Source of the DNA: Camelus dromedarius
Lineage: Eukaryota
Direction of reading: 5' to 3'
Assembly (NCBI RefSeq): GCF_036321535.1
Contig: NC_087436.1
Span: forward strand, 18,602,001-18,666,000
Length of the DNA: 64,000 bases
A program made the translations under genes and the position numbers. This document shows, in pieces, positions 51,437 through 64,000 of the stretch. The stretch's first letter is position 1; every line of letters starts with the position of its first letter. The notes under the pieces were generated by a model. That model ran no database searches. It worked only from the letters and a program-made list of their open reading frames with translations, and had not been told where the DNA came from.

Positions 51437-52199
51437 GGTCAGAGAATCAGACGGGAGAAAGGCCATGCGGTGAGTCCTCAGTGCTTGCAAGTTCAGCCCT
51501 GGAACATCACCTTAGTGCTTACGACTTCCCTGCGGATTTACTTCCCCTCCTTTATGGTGACCCAGGAGCTGGAGGCAATTTTGAGGTCACTCCCTAAAAC
51601 CAATAAAAATATAACTGTGAGGCTAACTATTTCCTCCCAACAAAAAGCAGGGAAAGTTTCAACAAATCATCTAAGTGTAAAGGCATAATCGTAAGATTGC
51701 AAAAGCCAGTGCTCACACCTTTCCCACAGCCCTGAATACCTTCTTGAGAGTATGCATTAAGCACATTGTAAGACCACGGTAAGTTCCGTTTGCAATCTAG
51801 TCAGTGGCTGTATGCCTTATGCATAGGACTATGTTACTTGCTGTGGAAGGCAGCATGGTTCCTGCCTCAGGAACTTACGCTCTTGTGGAGAAAAGCAAGA
51901 TACCATCAGTAGACCACAGTGCAGGATAACACACAGGATACTAGCTAATAAAAGAGGCAAGAAACACGCGATGAGGAGGAGACATTTAGCCAGTGTTACC
52001 TAAGACAGGTAGAGATGGTGGTGGCGAGAAAACCAGAGACAAGAAAGCCAGGTGAGTGGCTATTAGACTGGTGCAGAGGAGAGAGAGTGAGGACTAGCTG
52101 GCCCATTTCCTTGAACACCAATCAAGCATATTAACTGGCGCTTCCCCACAGTATAAAATATTTAGGAACAGCTTTATATGACCTAAAGAGTGAAAAACA

Positions 52200-52655
52200 A
52201 ATATGACTAAATGCAACGCAGTATCTGGGGTGAATCCTGGAAACAGAAACTGTGCGATCCTATTGGTGGTTATCAAGGGCTCGGAGAGGGAGGTATTGGA
52301 GAGTGGCTGCTTTGTGGGTACGGGGTTTCCTTTCGGGGTGATTAAAATGTTCCGGAACTAGATAGTGGTGCTGTTTGTACAACATTGTGAATGTACTGAG
52401 TGTCACTAAGGATACATTTTATGTTACACACATTTTATCGCAATTTTTAAAAGACCATAAAAAGGCACATACTTTTAAAAATTGTGAAATCTGATATTAT
52501 TTTTAGTTTTAACAAACATACCTTGATGATGTAAGATATTAACATTCGGGGAAGCTGGGCGAAGGGTATGTGGGAATTCTCTGTACTATCTTTGCAACTT
52601 CTGTACATCTAAAGTTATTCCAAAATTAAAATTTTATTTTAAAAAATTAAAGAAA
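52200..52655 (+). mobile_element. Old L1 3'-end fragments (L1MB-like piece within an L1MC-like piece)
   Basis: gggtacggggtttcctttcggggtgattaaaatgttccggaactagatagtggtg; gggaattctctgtactatctttgcaactt. Confidence 0.7.
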
Positions 52656-53639
52656 ATCTAGTCAGAAGTTTTGATAAATAAAATTTCTTTTTTATGGATG
52701 TTGCAATGCAAATTTTGTTATTGATATTAGGAAAGGCTTTCTTTTAGATCTGTCTTCATATGCTACACTTTGGTAAATTTCTCTAACAACCCTCCCTTAC
52801 TAATCTTGTCTTAGAATAATATAGTAACCAGATTACAGCTAAACCTCCCAAGTTTTACCTAGAAACTGTCATACCCAAAATATGTCATTTAACAAAAATA
52901 ACTTCAGTGAGATTGTGTGGAAAATTTCACCAGTCCGACTTAAACTCTCATAACATTTACTGTCTGTAATCAATGCTTTTTAATCCGTTTCATATTTTTT
53001 AAAGTTTTAAAATAAATGACCACTTCCTATAGCAGTAATGGAACATGCTGAAACCTAATTTTATATCTGTGTATGTTGAGGTTAACTTGATGACGTTTGG
53101 TTTAGCTGTGTATGTTACTTTAGGAGAAGGAGAGATGACAGCTTTTCTGTTTTTAAAGAAAATGCTAGTAGGTGTCTGACATTCAAAATGTTGTTTTTTT
53201 TCCGTAAAGTTGTGTTCCGTGGTCTCAAAAAATTCACAAAACACTGGAGTATAAACTTCCCCTGGCATTTGGGCTAACTCGATTGAGTATATGTTTGTAT
53301 CCTCACATAGAACGTGGCGGCTCAAAGGCATGGCGGTGCGGTCCTAGATTTCTTTGTGTTTTCTGTAGACACTTAGTAAATGTGTGAGTTAGGGCTTTAT
53401 CTGACATAAAACCCAGGTGGGATAGGGTTTTATTTGGCAAAGAGACGTGTGCCCATTACCTTTTACACTTTGAAAGGAATGATTTTGGATGTTTTGAACA
53501 TGCTCAGAGTTGTTTGCTTTACTGGTTGCTTTTAAAATTAGCAATGTTAATAAATTTCCTTATTCAAAAGCTTCAGATTTAATGAAACCATTTAATTAAA
53601 TTTCACATGAAATTTTTTAAAATTGAGAATTTCTAGCTT

Positions 53640-55435
53640 TTTTGAATTTTATTGAAGTACAGCTGATTTACAATATTATACTAATTTCAAGTGTATAACA
53701 TAGTGATTCAGTATTTTTATAGATTATGCTCCATTAAAAGTTGTTAAAAAATAATGGCTATAATTCCCAGTGCTATACAATATATCCTTGTTGTTTATCT
53801 ATTTTATAAGTAGTAGTTTATATCTCTTAGTCCAATACCCCTACATCCCCTACACTGGTAAGCACTAGTTTGTTTTCTATATCTGTGAGCCTGTTTCTGT
53901 TTTGCTATATACATTCTTTTTTTTTTTTTTTAAGATTCCACAAGTGATATCGTACAGTATTTGCCTTTTTCCGCCTGACTTACTTCACAAAGCATAATAT
54001 TTTCTAGGTCCATCCACATTGCTGTAAAAGAAAGACTTTCATTCTTTTTTTTCTGGTTGAGTAGTGTTCCACTGCATATATACACCACATCTTCTTTATC
54101 CATTTATCTGCTTCCATATTTGGCTATTGTAAATAATGCTACTATGAACATTGGGGTGTATGTATCTTTTCCAATTAGTATTTTCATTTTTTCCAGATAT
54201 ATACCTAGGAGCAGATCATATGTTAGTTCTGTTTTTAGTTTTTTGAGGAACCTCCATACTGTATTCCATGCTGTTTCCAGTGGTTGCACCAATTCACATT
54301 TCCATCAACAGTGTACAAGGGTTCCCTTTTCTCCACATCCTTGCCAACAATTGTTATTTGTAGACTTTTTGATGATAGCCATTATGACAGATGCGAGGTG
54401 ATATTTCATTGTTGTTTTGATTTGCATTTCTCTACTAATTAGTAATGTTGAGTATCTTTTCATGTGCCTGTTAGCCATCTGTATGTCTTCTTTGGAATAA
54501 TGTCTATTCAGATATTCTGCCCATTTTTTGATTGAGTTGTTTTTTTTTTTATTTGAGTTGTATGAATATTTTGGATATTAACCCCTTCTTGGTCATATCA
54601 TTTGCAACAATTTTCTCCCATTCAACAGGTTGCCTTTTTGTTTTGTCAATGGTTTCCTTTGCTGTGCAAAGGCTTTTAAGTTTAATTAGGTCTCATTTAT
54701 TTCATTTTGCTTTTATTTCTTTTGTCTTAGGAAACAGATCCAAAAACATATTACTATGATTTATGTTAACAATTGTTCTACCTATGTTCTCTTCTAGGAG
54801 TTTTGTGGTTTCAGTTCTTACATTTAGGTCTTTAATTCATTTTGAGTTTCTTTTTGCATATGGTGTGAGGAAATGTTCTAACCTCATTGTTTTACATGTA
54901 ATTGTTCAGTTTTCCCAGCTCAGCTTATTGAAGAGATTGTCTTTTCTCCATTGTATAGTTTTGCCTCCATTGTTGAAGATTAATTGACAATAAGTGTGTG
55001 GGTTTATTTCTGGGCTCTCTATTCTGTTCCATTGATCTATGTGTCTGTTTTTTATGCTGGTATCTTACTGTTTTAATTACTGTAGCTTTGTGGTATTGTC
55101 TGTGGTCAGGGACGGTGATACCTCCAGCTTTGTTCTTTTTTTCCTCAAGATAGCTTTGGCAATTTGGGGTCTTTTGTGGTCCCATATAAATTTTAGAATT
55201 ATTCATTCTAGTTCTGTGAAAAATGTTGTAGGTATTATGATAGGGATCACATTAAATCTGTAGATTGCTTTGGGTAGTATGGCCATTTTAACAATATTAA
55301 TTCTTCCAATCTAAGATAATGGGCTATCTTTCCATTTCTTTGCCTTATCTTCAATTTCCTTCGTCAGTGTTTTATAGTTTTCAGAGTATAGGTCTTTCAC
55401 CTCCTTGGTTAAGTTTATTCCTAGGTATTTTATTA
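53640..55435 (-). mobile_element. 5'-truncated L1 (ORF2 C-terminus plus 3'UTR), in sense orientation to EDNRA
   Basis: ORFs 54104..54292 and 54925..55206 are L1 ORF2-like (KAGGITVPD..YHKATVIKT); T-rich tail; short TSD ctagctt. Confidence 0.95.
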
Positions 55436-56384
55436 CTAGCTTCTTTCTAAATATCATTTGTGACATATTCCCAAATGTCATTCATTACACTTTCACATTC
55501 CCCTTTTAATTCCTGTGCATCTGGTAAACTCCTAGGGAGGAACATCTAGAAATGCAATATGTCGTTTGATCAATAAAATCAGATGTTTGTACTGCAACTG
55601 AAACTGTATGCTAGCCACACTCATTTTTCTATCTCATACCCACAAATTGCCTAGCCTTTCCAGTGATAACTGAATGAGGCAAAAAGTGTCCTTCCAACCA
55701 GATGAGCAGATGTATGTGCCTAGGCAATCAGTCCATCAGAGAACTTAATATTATTTTTTCAGTTGATTTTTTTTTCTGGATCCCTTCTGTCAGTTGAATT
55801 CACCGACATGACAAAGAGTATAGAATACAAAAATCTGTTTACCAGATGTTCCAATGCAATCGGCAAGACTTAACAACATAAATGTTATTCTGGAGACCAG
55901 TCTATTTTGTGCACACTTTCCTTTATAGTGTGTTACTTCTGTCTTAAATAAGCAACTAAAGAAGTATTGCATTTAATGCAGGAGAGGAAAAGGGATGACT
56001 TTATCTTTGAACACAGTCTTTGAAAATATATTTCTGCACTAGGGATGACATCTGGACTATCAAGTTTGCCTTACGAGGCATATGGAAGAGAAGCTGTGTG
56101 GCAGCTTAGCTAACAGCATAGCCTGCGGGATCAGGCTGGATCCAAATCCTGGCTCTGCTACTTGCTAGCTGTGTAACCTCGAGGACCTTCCTTAAACACT
56201 GTGCCTCAGTTTCTTCATTTTCAGGGAACAGTTGTGCATGATAATTTACTGTGCTGATCAAATGCGTTAGCTTAGCACAGAGTAAACACTAATTAAGCAT
56301 TAGGCGGTAGTGTTCTCATGCTATAAGTCGGTAGGCATAACATATTTTAAGACTGCATATTTTTCTTCCATTGATTCAAGAAAT

Positions 56385-57162
56385 CCTTCTCAACACAGTA
56401 GCCAGAGTGTCCTTGTTAAAATGTAAGCCAGATCATGTAATGCATCTGCTCATAACCTTCTAAAGGCTTCCTATCTCACTCAGAGAAAAAGGCTAATGGC
56501 TTTAAAAAGGTGTATAGGTAGAGTGACCATGTTTCCTATTTTTTCTAGGGCAGTCTTGGTTTATGCCTGTTGTCCAGATGCAATTATTGATAGTGTTTCC
56601 TTTCACTCGTAAAGCATCCTGGTTTGGACAATAAATAGATTATATATATTGTTACCCTCTGTGTTATCTGCTTCCCCCTCCATTGCCTGGCCTACCCCAG
56701 TATCCATGTGACCTCATCTGTTACTTCTCTCTCCCTTTCACTGAACCACCATGGCCTCCTTGCTGTTCCTTTTACATCTCCCCCTGCCCCAGGCACATTC
56801 CTGCCCCAGGGCCTTTGCACTTGCCTCTGGCTGGATGCCCTTACTTCAGATAGTGGCATGGTGTGCTCTTTTTACGTTTTAGTTTTTACTCAACATCACC
56901 TTGTATTAATGTCCTCTTCAGCCACTCACTCTAAAATGAATATCCTCTCCCCGTTCTTTTATTCCTCTCCCCTCATTTACTTTTCTCCTTAGCAGTTATC
57001 TCACTTACTACATATTTACTTATGAACTGCTTATTATTGTCTTGTTCTCCTAGAAGGTAAACTCCATTAGGGCAAGGGTGATTGTTTTTGTTCACTGCTG
57101 TTTCCCCAATGACTGGTATATAGTCAGAGGTCAATAAATATTTACTGAATGAATAAATGAAG
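56385..57162 (+). mobile_element. L2 3' end with a nested MER94-like hAT element (~56518-56660)
   Basis: cctgccccagggcctttgcacttgc...caataaatatttactgaatgaataaatgaa. Confidence 0.7.
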
Positions 57163-58990
57163 AACATTTAGAGATGAGAGACCTGATCTAACTGAGTAAC
57201 GAAACGGTCAATCAGTTGCCCATCCCAATCACCTTCTGGTAAAAAATTTGATCTAAAATAAAGGGTTCCCATGTTTAGGATAAGTGTTACAGGAAGCATG
57301 AGTTGACTAGCTCCTGTTACTTATACTAGTCTCCAAGTAAGCCGTGATGTCAAACCACATCAATGAAACTCTAGAGAAGTTTAAATTCTAAAAAGCGACC
57401 TCTAAATTTGCACATCCACAAAAATAGTATCAAATCTTTCTGAGGGCACACTTGATTTTTGCTTCTTGAGTCCAGGAACACTGGACTCTTCAAACATTAC
57501 AAATTTAAATAAACATTTTAGAGCACGTGGTTTTGTAAAAGTTTTGATGTTCAAATTTAAAGATAAGGCTACCAAAAATTAACACTGAATGATACTTACA
57601 TTCCATTCTATTACTGAACCTAATTTCTACTATTAACTTTATAGTGTTGGAAAGTTTTTCCAAGAAAAATTAGACCTGGTTAAAAATAAAATCGTAGCTA
57701 TAGAAAGCAGTTATTCTCGCTCCCAAGAGAATATGGTAGATCCAGAAAGCAGTTGTAGAATTTCTGGCTGTATATCAATTTTGTTTTGACAGAATTTCTT
57801 AGAACATTCCTTATTTAACCACTCTAGTCTTAGAATCAGCTTCAGAGATAGTAAACTTCATGCCCCGTCCTCTTTCATTTTAGTTCACACACTCTTTATA
57901 CTAACTGTATAAACTTTGCATGATAATAAAGAAAGAACACTCACACGCTGGCAGCTCATAAGATAAAGACACTATAGAAACATTTCAGAATAAAATAGCC
58001 AGAACATCTGCTTTCACTGCTCAGAAGGCTGGAATTAGGGCAACATTACCCAGACACACAGTGTATATATGAAAATCCTTTTCTCAAAAGTAAAACGCTT
58101 ATGCCTCACTGTTTAAGTTTAGGACACAGCACCCTCTTCGGTGATCTGAACTGTCTGGTGGAGGAGTATCACCAACCACGACATTTCACACATTCAGCGC
58201 CTCCTAGATGGGGACAGGACTGAAACCATCGCTCCTTCCTCAACCATGGGAATGATCTTTGCAGTTAGGGATAGTTTCCACCCCCCATCACTGAAATGAG
58301 AATAACTGTGCTGTGAGCCAAATGCTGACGGTTAGCCCAGTCACCGCACATGAGAATAATTACTTAACATGATGGCCATGAGAGAAAGCAGCGAGGTTCC
58401 CAGACACAGGAAACGAAAAGCCAGAAGGGGAGGTAGTTGGAGAGGGTTCTGAGGCCTTTCCAGACGGCAACTTCCTTATAACAAACAGCAAATTGGGTAA
58501 TAAATTTATCACTCTGTCATTTCATAGGTACATATATCCTTAAGTGAGCTGGTGAGCATAATGAACTTTTGCAATGTGCCTGTGTCTCAGCAATGCCAGA
58601 AAAATTAACCTATTTCCTGTTCTCTAAAGAGCAAATAAAATCTTTTGCGATATGAACGTTCATTTTGATATTCCCAATCATTTGTAGGTTTAATATTTCA
58701 ATCAAAACCACAGCTACAACTACGCTCAAAGAATGCATATTGCGCAGAAATCTTGAAAAGAGACTTCAATCGGCTCTGTGTATCAGGGAGAGAAGAAATT
58801 AGGCAATACAATACAGGCACCACAGAAAAAGAACCCTTGACCTCTAAAGACAAAGGGAAGGGGGAGGGGGATCAATCCTGTTGTGATGTGTCACTATATT
58901 GCATATATTTTCTCTCAGATTTATGGACCCTGAGACATCCCTGATTTGCAGGAAAAAAGTAGACATTCAATAAAGTCAAAAAGCAAGTCT

Positions 58991-59213
58991 TGGGGGTTAA
59001 CAGACACATCTTATATATATAAAGTAGATTAACAACAAGGACCTACTGTATGGCACAGGAACTATATTCAAATTCTTGTAATAGCCTATCATGGAAAAGA
59101 ACCTGAAAAGAAAAAAAGTCTATGTATGAATATGTATAACTGAGTCACCATGCTGTACACTTGGAACTAATACTGTAAATCAACTCTACTTCAATAAAAA
59201 AATTTTTTTAAAA
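58991..59213 (+). mobile_element. L1 3'UTR fragment
   Basis: aacaacaaggacctactgtatggcacaggaactatattcaa...cttcaataaaaaa; flanking agcaagt repeats. Confidence 0.85.
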
Positions 59214-60107
59214 AGAGCAAGTGTGCCTTTAGATCTGGGATTGCATGGGAAAGAAACATTCTTACAGAGGCAAATACAGTACCTTTTCTTATTTTACTCA
59301 TTCATCAAATATTTTTAAAGCTGGGCACAGGGCTGGATACGGAGATACCATGATAAATGAGAAGGATGGCAGCGTGCCTCAAGGGCCTTGCAGTCTAGAG
59401 TGGCAGACAGGCAAGCGAACTGGCAGATGTGATACAGCATGTATTGGATGCTCATACAGGGTTGATAGAGGAGGTCAGGGGAGCACACGAGAAAGGCGCC
59501 AACCCAGTCGAGGTCAGGGATACTTGCCAGACAAAGAGATGCTTAAGCTGGGATCTGAAGAATAAAGTGGAATATGCTAGGGGAGGCATGAGGGAAAATA
59601 TTCCAGGTAGAAGGATCACCTTGGTACTCTTGGTTAGCTGGAGTACGGAGAGGTAGAGGAAAAGCATGAAGAGAGAGTGTCCAGGCGAGGAGGTGGGGCT
59701 AGAGCTACCTAACGGGGACCGATTAGTGGGGGGCAATGCACCCACAAGGGACAGAGAGCTTGATGAAGGGACACACCTTCTCTCTTAAAATTTAGGGAAT
59801 ACAGTATCTATACCTAATTTTCCGATAATAGCACTATTACTGGAATACATGAGAAGGGCTTGTTTTTAATTTGCTTGATGATGAGTAAAAGGGAAACACC
59901 ATGATCACGTGTGCAACGGTGGGTCATCTGATCAACTTGGGGGAACAGTGTATGCAGACCAGAGGTAAGACCCTGTACCTTGTCCATATACGAAGAAGCC
60001 CTCTGATAAGTCATCATCATCTTCATCACTGTCAGTATCTCAACTGGAAGGACTCAGAACAATCTGATTAGAAGTTCGTATTGAATCATATCAAAAAGCG
60101 TTTATCC

Positions 60108-60920
60108 CACTGTTGGTGGGAATGCAATTTGGTGCAGCCACTATGGAAAACAGCATGGAGATTCCTTAAAAAGCTGAAAATAGGCTCACACAGCACCTCT
60201 CGTCTATGTGGCCCGCTATTGTCTATGGCAGTGTACCCCTAATAAACTCCTTTACCAGTCTCAAAAAAAACCCAAAAACACTTACCCTATGATCCAGCAA
60301 TCCCACTCCTGGTCATATATCCAGAGAAAATGCTAATTTGAAAAGATACTTGCACCCCAATCCTCACAGCACTACTATTTACAATAGCCAAGACATGGAA
60401 GCAACCTAAATGTCCATCGACAGATGACTGGATAAAGAAGTTGTGGTATATATATACAATGGGATACTACTCAGCCATGAAAAAAGAAAGAATAAAATAA
60501 TGCCATTTGCAGCAACATGGATGGACCTGGAGATCATCACACCAAGTGAAGCCAGAAAGAGAAAGAAATATACCATATAATATATTCCACTTATATGTGG
60601 AATCATAAAAAAAAAGAATACAAATGAATTTGTTTACAAAACAGAGACAGACTCACAGACATAGAAAACAAACTTATGGTTCCAGGGTGAAGAAGGGTGT
60701 GGGGACAGACAAACTGGGAGTTCAGGATTTGTAGATACTACTACATATAAAATAAAAACAAAAAGGTCCTACTGTGTAGCACAGGGAACTATATCCAGTA
60801 TCTTGTAATGGCCTATAGTGAAGAAGAGTAAGAAAAGAAATATATATATGAATCACTATGCTGTACACCAGAAATTAACACAACACAGTAAATCAACTAC
60901 ACTTGAATTAAAAAAAAATT
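60108..60920 (+). mobile_element. L1 3' end (ORF2 C-terminus plus 3'UTR) interrupted at 60186-60270
   Basis: cactgttggtgggaatgc...gccatttgcagcaacatggatggacctggag...A-tail. Confidence 0.92.
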
Positions 60921-63900
60921 TATGGAACAATTACTAAGTTTGAGGCATACCATCTATAAGTTGTGCCAATTTGTTTTTGAGACAGAAATTGCCTTGGTGA
61001 TCTGATGTGTCAAAAAACAACTTTTGTATCGCTGCCCCAACAGGATGGAGCCCAGTTGCACAAGATGTCAAAGGCTGTGTTAATATGGAGACAAATTGGC
61101 TCTGTGTGAATGTCTCTGGTTTCCACACTGCTCAGATCCTCTGCCAAGGCAACATAGTGGGAGTCTTGGCTTTTCATTGCAAAATATCCCTGATAATTTC
61201 ATGCAGAAATTGTATTTGTTTATTTTTCATTGTTGTCCTCAGGAAGAAGTGGTTGCTTAAAAGGGACTAAATTCGTAGCCAACAGTCAGTTACTGGATGT
61301 ATCACTGGCTGCTTAGCTTGTTCTCACTGACCTGCTTTATCCCACATGCTAAGTGGAGATATTATTCACCTACAGTGTCTTCTGTGGCATCACTGGTTCC
61401 AACTCCCCACTGTGCCGAGATTTCTATGCCAAGCCATTGGATGCAACTTCTTCCCTCTTTCCATGGCCACCATTTCTAATCCTCTCCACCCTACTTCTCT
61501 CGTACATGTATTTCCCCACACTCTGTTTCTACTTCAGAGGCTGAGGTGCAGTGGTTTATGGGCATATCTCTATGCACATCCGGGTGACTGTCATCCTGAA
61601 AGCACATGACGCCACGCTTTGGCCCACCCTTGCACAAACATCACTTTTAGGGGTTTCCTTCTATTCAAAAGCCCATCTTCCTATGGATGACACTCTAAGG
61701 CATAAATGAATCATTAAAGAATATAATTATTAAATTCTGTACTTCTAATCTATATTGGGATTTAGTAATTGGGGATGTTTTTGGATGCTAAACACAGATA
61801 CAGTCCTTTAATTGTTTTGGCATTGTTATGAATGCAAATATTTTATATACAAATTAATCTACTTGGCTAAGTTTTGCATTCCTTGAAAATTCAAGATATC
61901 AGATAATGTAATTTTTTCACAAGTTGAATCCATTATCAGTTTAGGTTATAAGTGTGAATATTTGAAAGGGTCTCCTAACTCTTTCCCCTTCCTCTCCCCT
62001 GTTTTTGTCAGTCTTCTCCTGAAATTAATGATATTATGTCTGTTGCACAATTAAAAATCAGATAGAGTAATTGCTTGATAAACTTAATAATAGTGTTTCT
62101 TTAACATTGCCATTTGCAAGGCCCTTGTATGCTTGAAAAGCATGAAGGTAACTGGTGTTTATTTGCATCCTCTGGTTCCTTCTGCTTTACATTTTATTGT
62201 CTGAGACTGTCTGATTCCATCACGAGGTGTATATGTGTGTGTGTACGTCTGCGTGCGTGCACAAGTGTAAACAATGGCTAGAAGAATTTCCACTTTTTGG
62301 TTTATTTCCTCTTTATGCAACGGGTATAACTCTAGGCCTAACTCATTTTTAAATTTAGGAATCTGTAAATGCTTTAGCAGCAGCAATTTGGCAACTACAA
62401 TCAGCTTCTCTGAGAAGGTTATTTAGGGCAAAGAATGTTACTTAGGGGTAGGGAATGGCATCCAGACAAGAGCTGCACATGCATGTTGGGAACTAACAAG
62501 AAGTATGAGCTCCTGGGTGTTTCTGAGAGGACTGGCACTCAGTAAGTACGAGAAAAGTCCAGTACAGGCTGGAGGAAGAAATCCTGAAGTTACAGAGATA
62601 AGCTAGGAAACATGGAAATTCAGATGTGTAGTGAACCCCTCTTCCATGCCCTCAGCCCAGCCATCTGACACTTGCTGCATTGCTTTTCAGTTGTGTTTTA
62701 CATCATGCTGATACATGAAACAGTTTCAGTACAACCTCTTTCAAAGTGAGAGAAAGGGAATAAAATGTGAATAGAAAGAAACCTTTATCATGCACTTTCC
62801 TTGTTCTTGTAACATTACTACAGTCTAATCAGTAAGTTTGGCCTGCCCCAAAATGCAGCCCTCACACAGTCTACTTTCACTTACTCTAACATGACTCAAT
62901 GCAACAGTCTCTGTCTGGAGACACCTTAGAACTGAGTATAACAGCAATCGATAGAATTGTTAAACACAATGACCTGTGTGATTTGAAAACTCATGTTTCT
63001 TTAATGATCACAGTAGATCCTTTAAACCATCCTTCTCTCAATCCAATTCTTCTAACAGTCAGAGAGACAAAGAGGCTTCATGCATCCCTTTAATAGCAGG
63101 GGAGGTAAAGAAGCTTCACGTATTCTTTTAATAGAATGTTCTCCAAGTCTATGCATTTTTCATAGGTACCTAAACACAACGGTAAAGTGAGATGGATGGC
63201 TACTCATTTGCCCTGCAATACAGAGATAGCTTGACATGGTCAGAGGAACTCGCGGTCTGATATGCGAGACTCCAAAGCAGCAGACTCTCACAGCAGGAGG
63301 CAGCTGTGGAGAAAAGGCAGGAGGGCCCGGAGCTCACATTGCTCAGAAGGATTTCTCTTGACTCTCTTGGGCAAAAGTCAGAGAAATAAACAGAAACACC
63401 TCATGGTCTCCTATCCTGGAGAAGAGCACTGATAGGAGAAAGCAGAAATAATCCCTGAATATTATGAGGCTTTTTTGTTCACTCCAATGCTTTTCTCTTT
63501 TCCTCTGGAAGAAGACTGAAATGACTAAAGAGTATTTTTTTTTAACCCCAAAGGTTTACTTTCTAAAATTAATGTTGGTTGAATGACTCATTACATGAGT
63601 GTGAGAAAAACAGGAATTATACAAATGTATTCCTGCAATGTAAAAACACATCAAACTGTCCACATTGTTTAGAACTACAATAAGGTATATAAAGTACTGG
63701 ATTCCTGAGAGGGAAGAAGAATCATAAGGGCAAATAAGGATGTCTTAATTTTTGTCCATTGCTATAGGAATGTAAAAGAAAGTTTTATTTGAATTTTCAC
63801 CAAATTTGGAGATATTCCAGGTGGTCTGACTTAAAATGTGGCTACGGAATAGAAATGAAGTTTAGTCTGGTGAATGGCAGGTAACACCTCAAAGAGATAA

Positions 63901-64000
63901 GCAAGTCTCCTTCCCAGCAGGTATTGATGTGCCAAGAAGCTGTTTTGCACATGGTCGGATGGGAATTATTAATTCAGAGACAGTTTATATTATTCTCCCG

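Noticed and set aside
33881..64000. EDNRA exon 2 / start codon
   Set aside because: I found no sequence encoding the N-terminus or TM1-TM2; it presumably lies beyond the window.

Overview
Mammalian genomic DNA, most likely camelid (alpaca/vicuna/llama or camel), judged from 11 copies of a tRNA-derived SINE resembling the camelid vic-1 family. The only supportable protein-coding gene is EDNRA (endothelin receptor type A) on the minus strand. Six coding exons (exons 3-8 by human numbering, recalled from memory) lie at 33753-33880, 21797-21995, 18143-18295, 13805-13938, 13265-13373 and 11306-11446. All have canonical GT/AG boundaries and splice into one open frame. A ~2.4 kb 3'UTR follows, with AATAAA at 8925-8930. 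Exons 1-2 lie beyond the right edge, so 33881-64000 is intron. The rest is interspersed repeats: SINEs, young and old L1, L2, MIR, MLT/MER41-like LTRs and hAT DNA transposons. Repeat subfamily names come from recalled consensus sequences, not from a search. I found no convincing new multi-gene system. The best leads are a compact CRE/GC-box/TATA promoter-like module downstream of EDNRA, an intronic CpG-rich island that overprints a MIR, a three-level nested and chimeric L1 insertion, a polyadenylated LTR-like fragment retroposed into an L1, a MER41-like LTR next to exon 3, and a duplication with templated filler.
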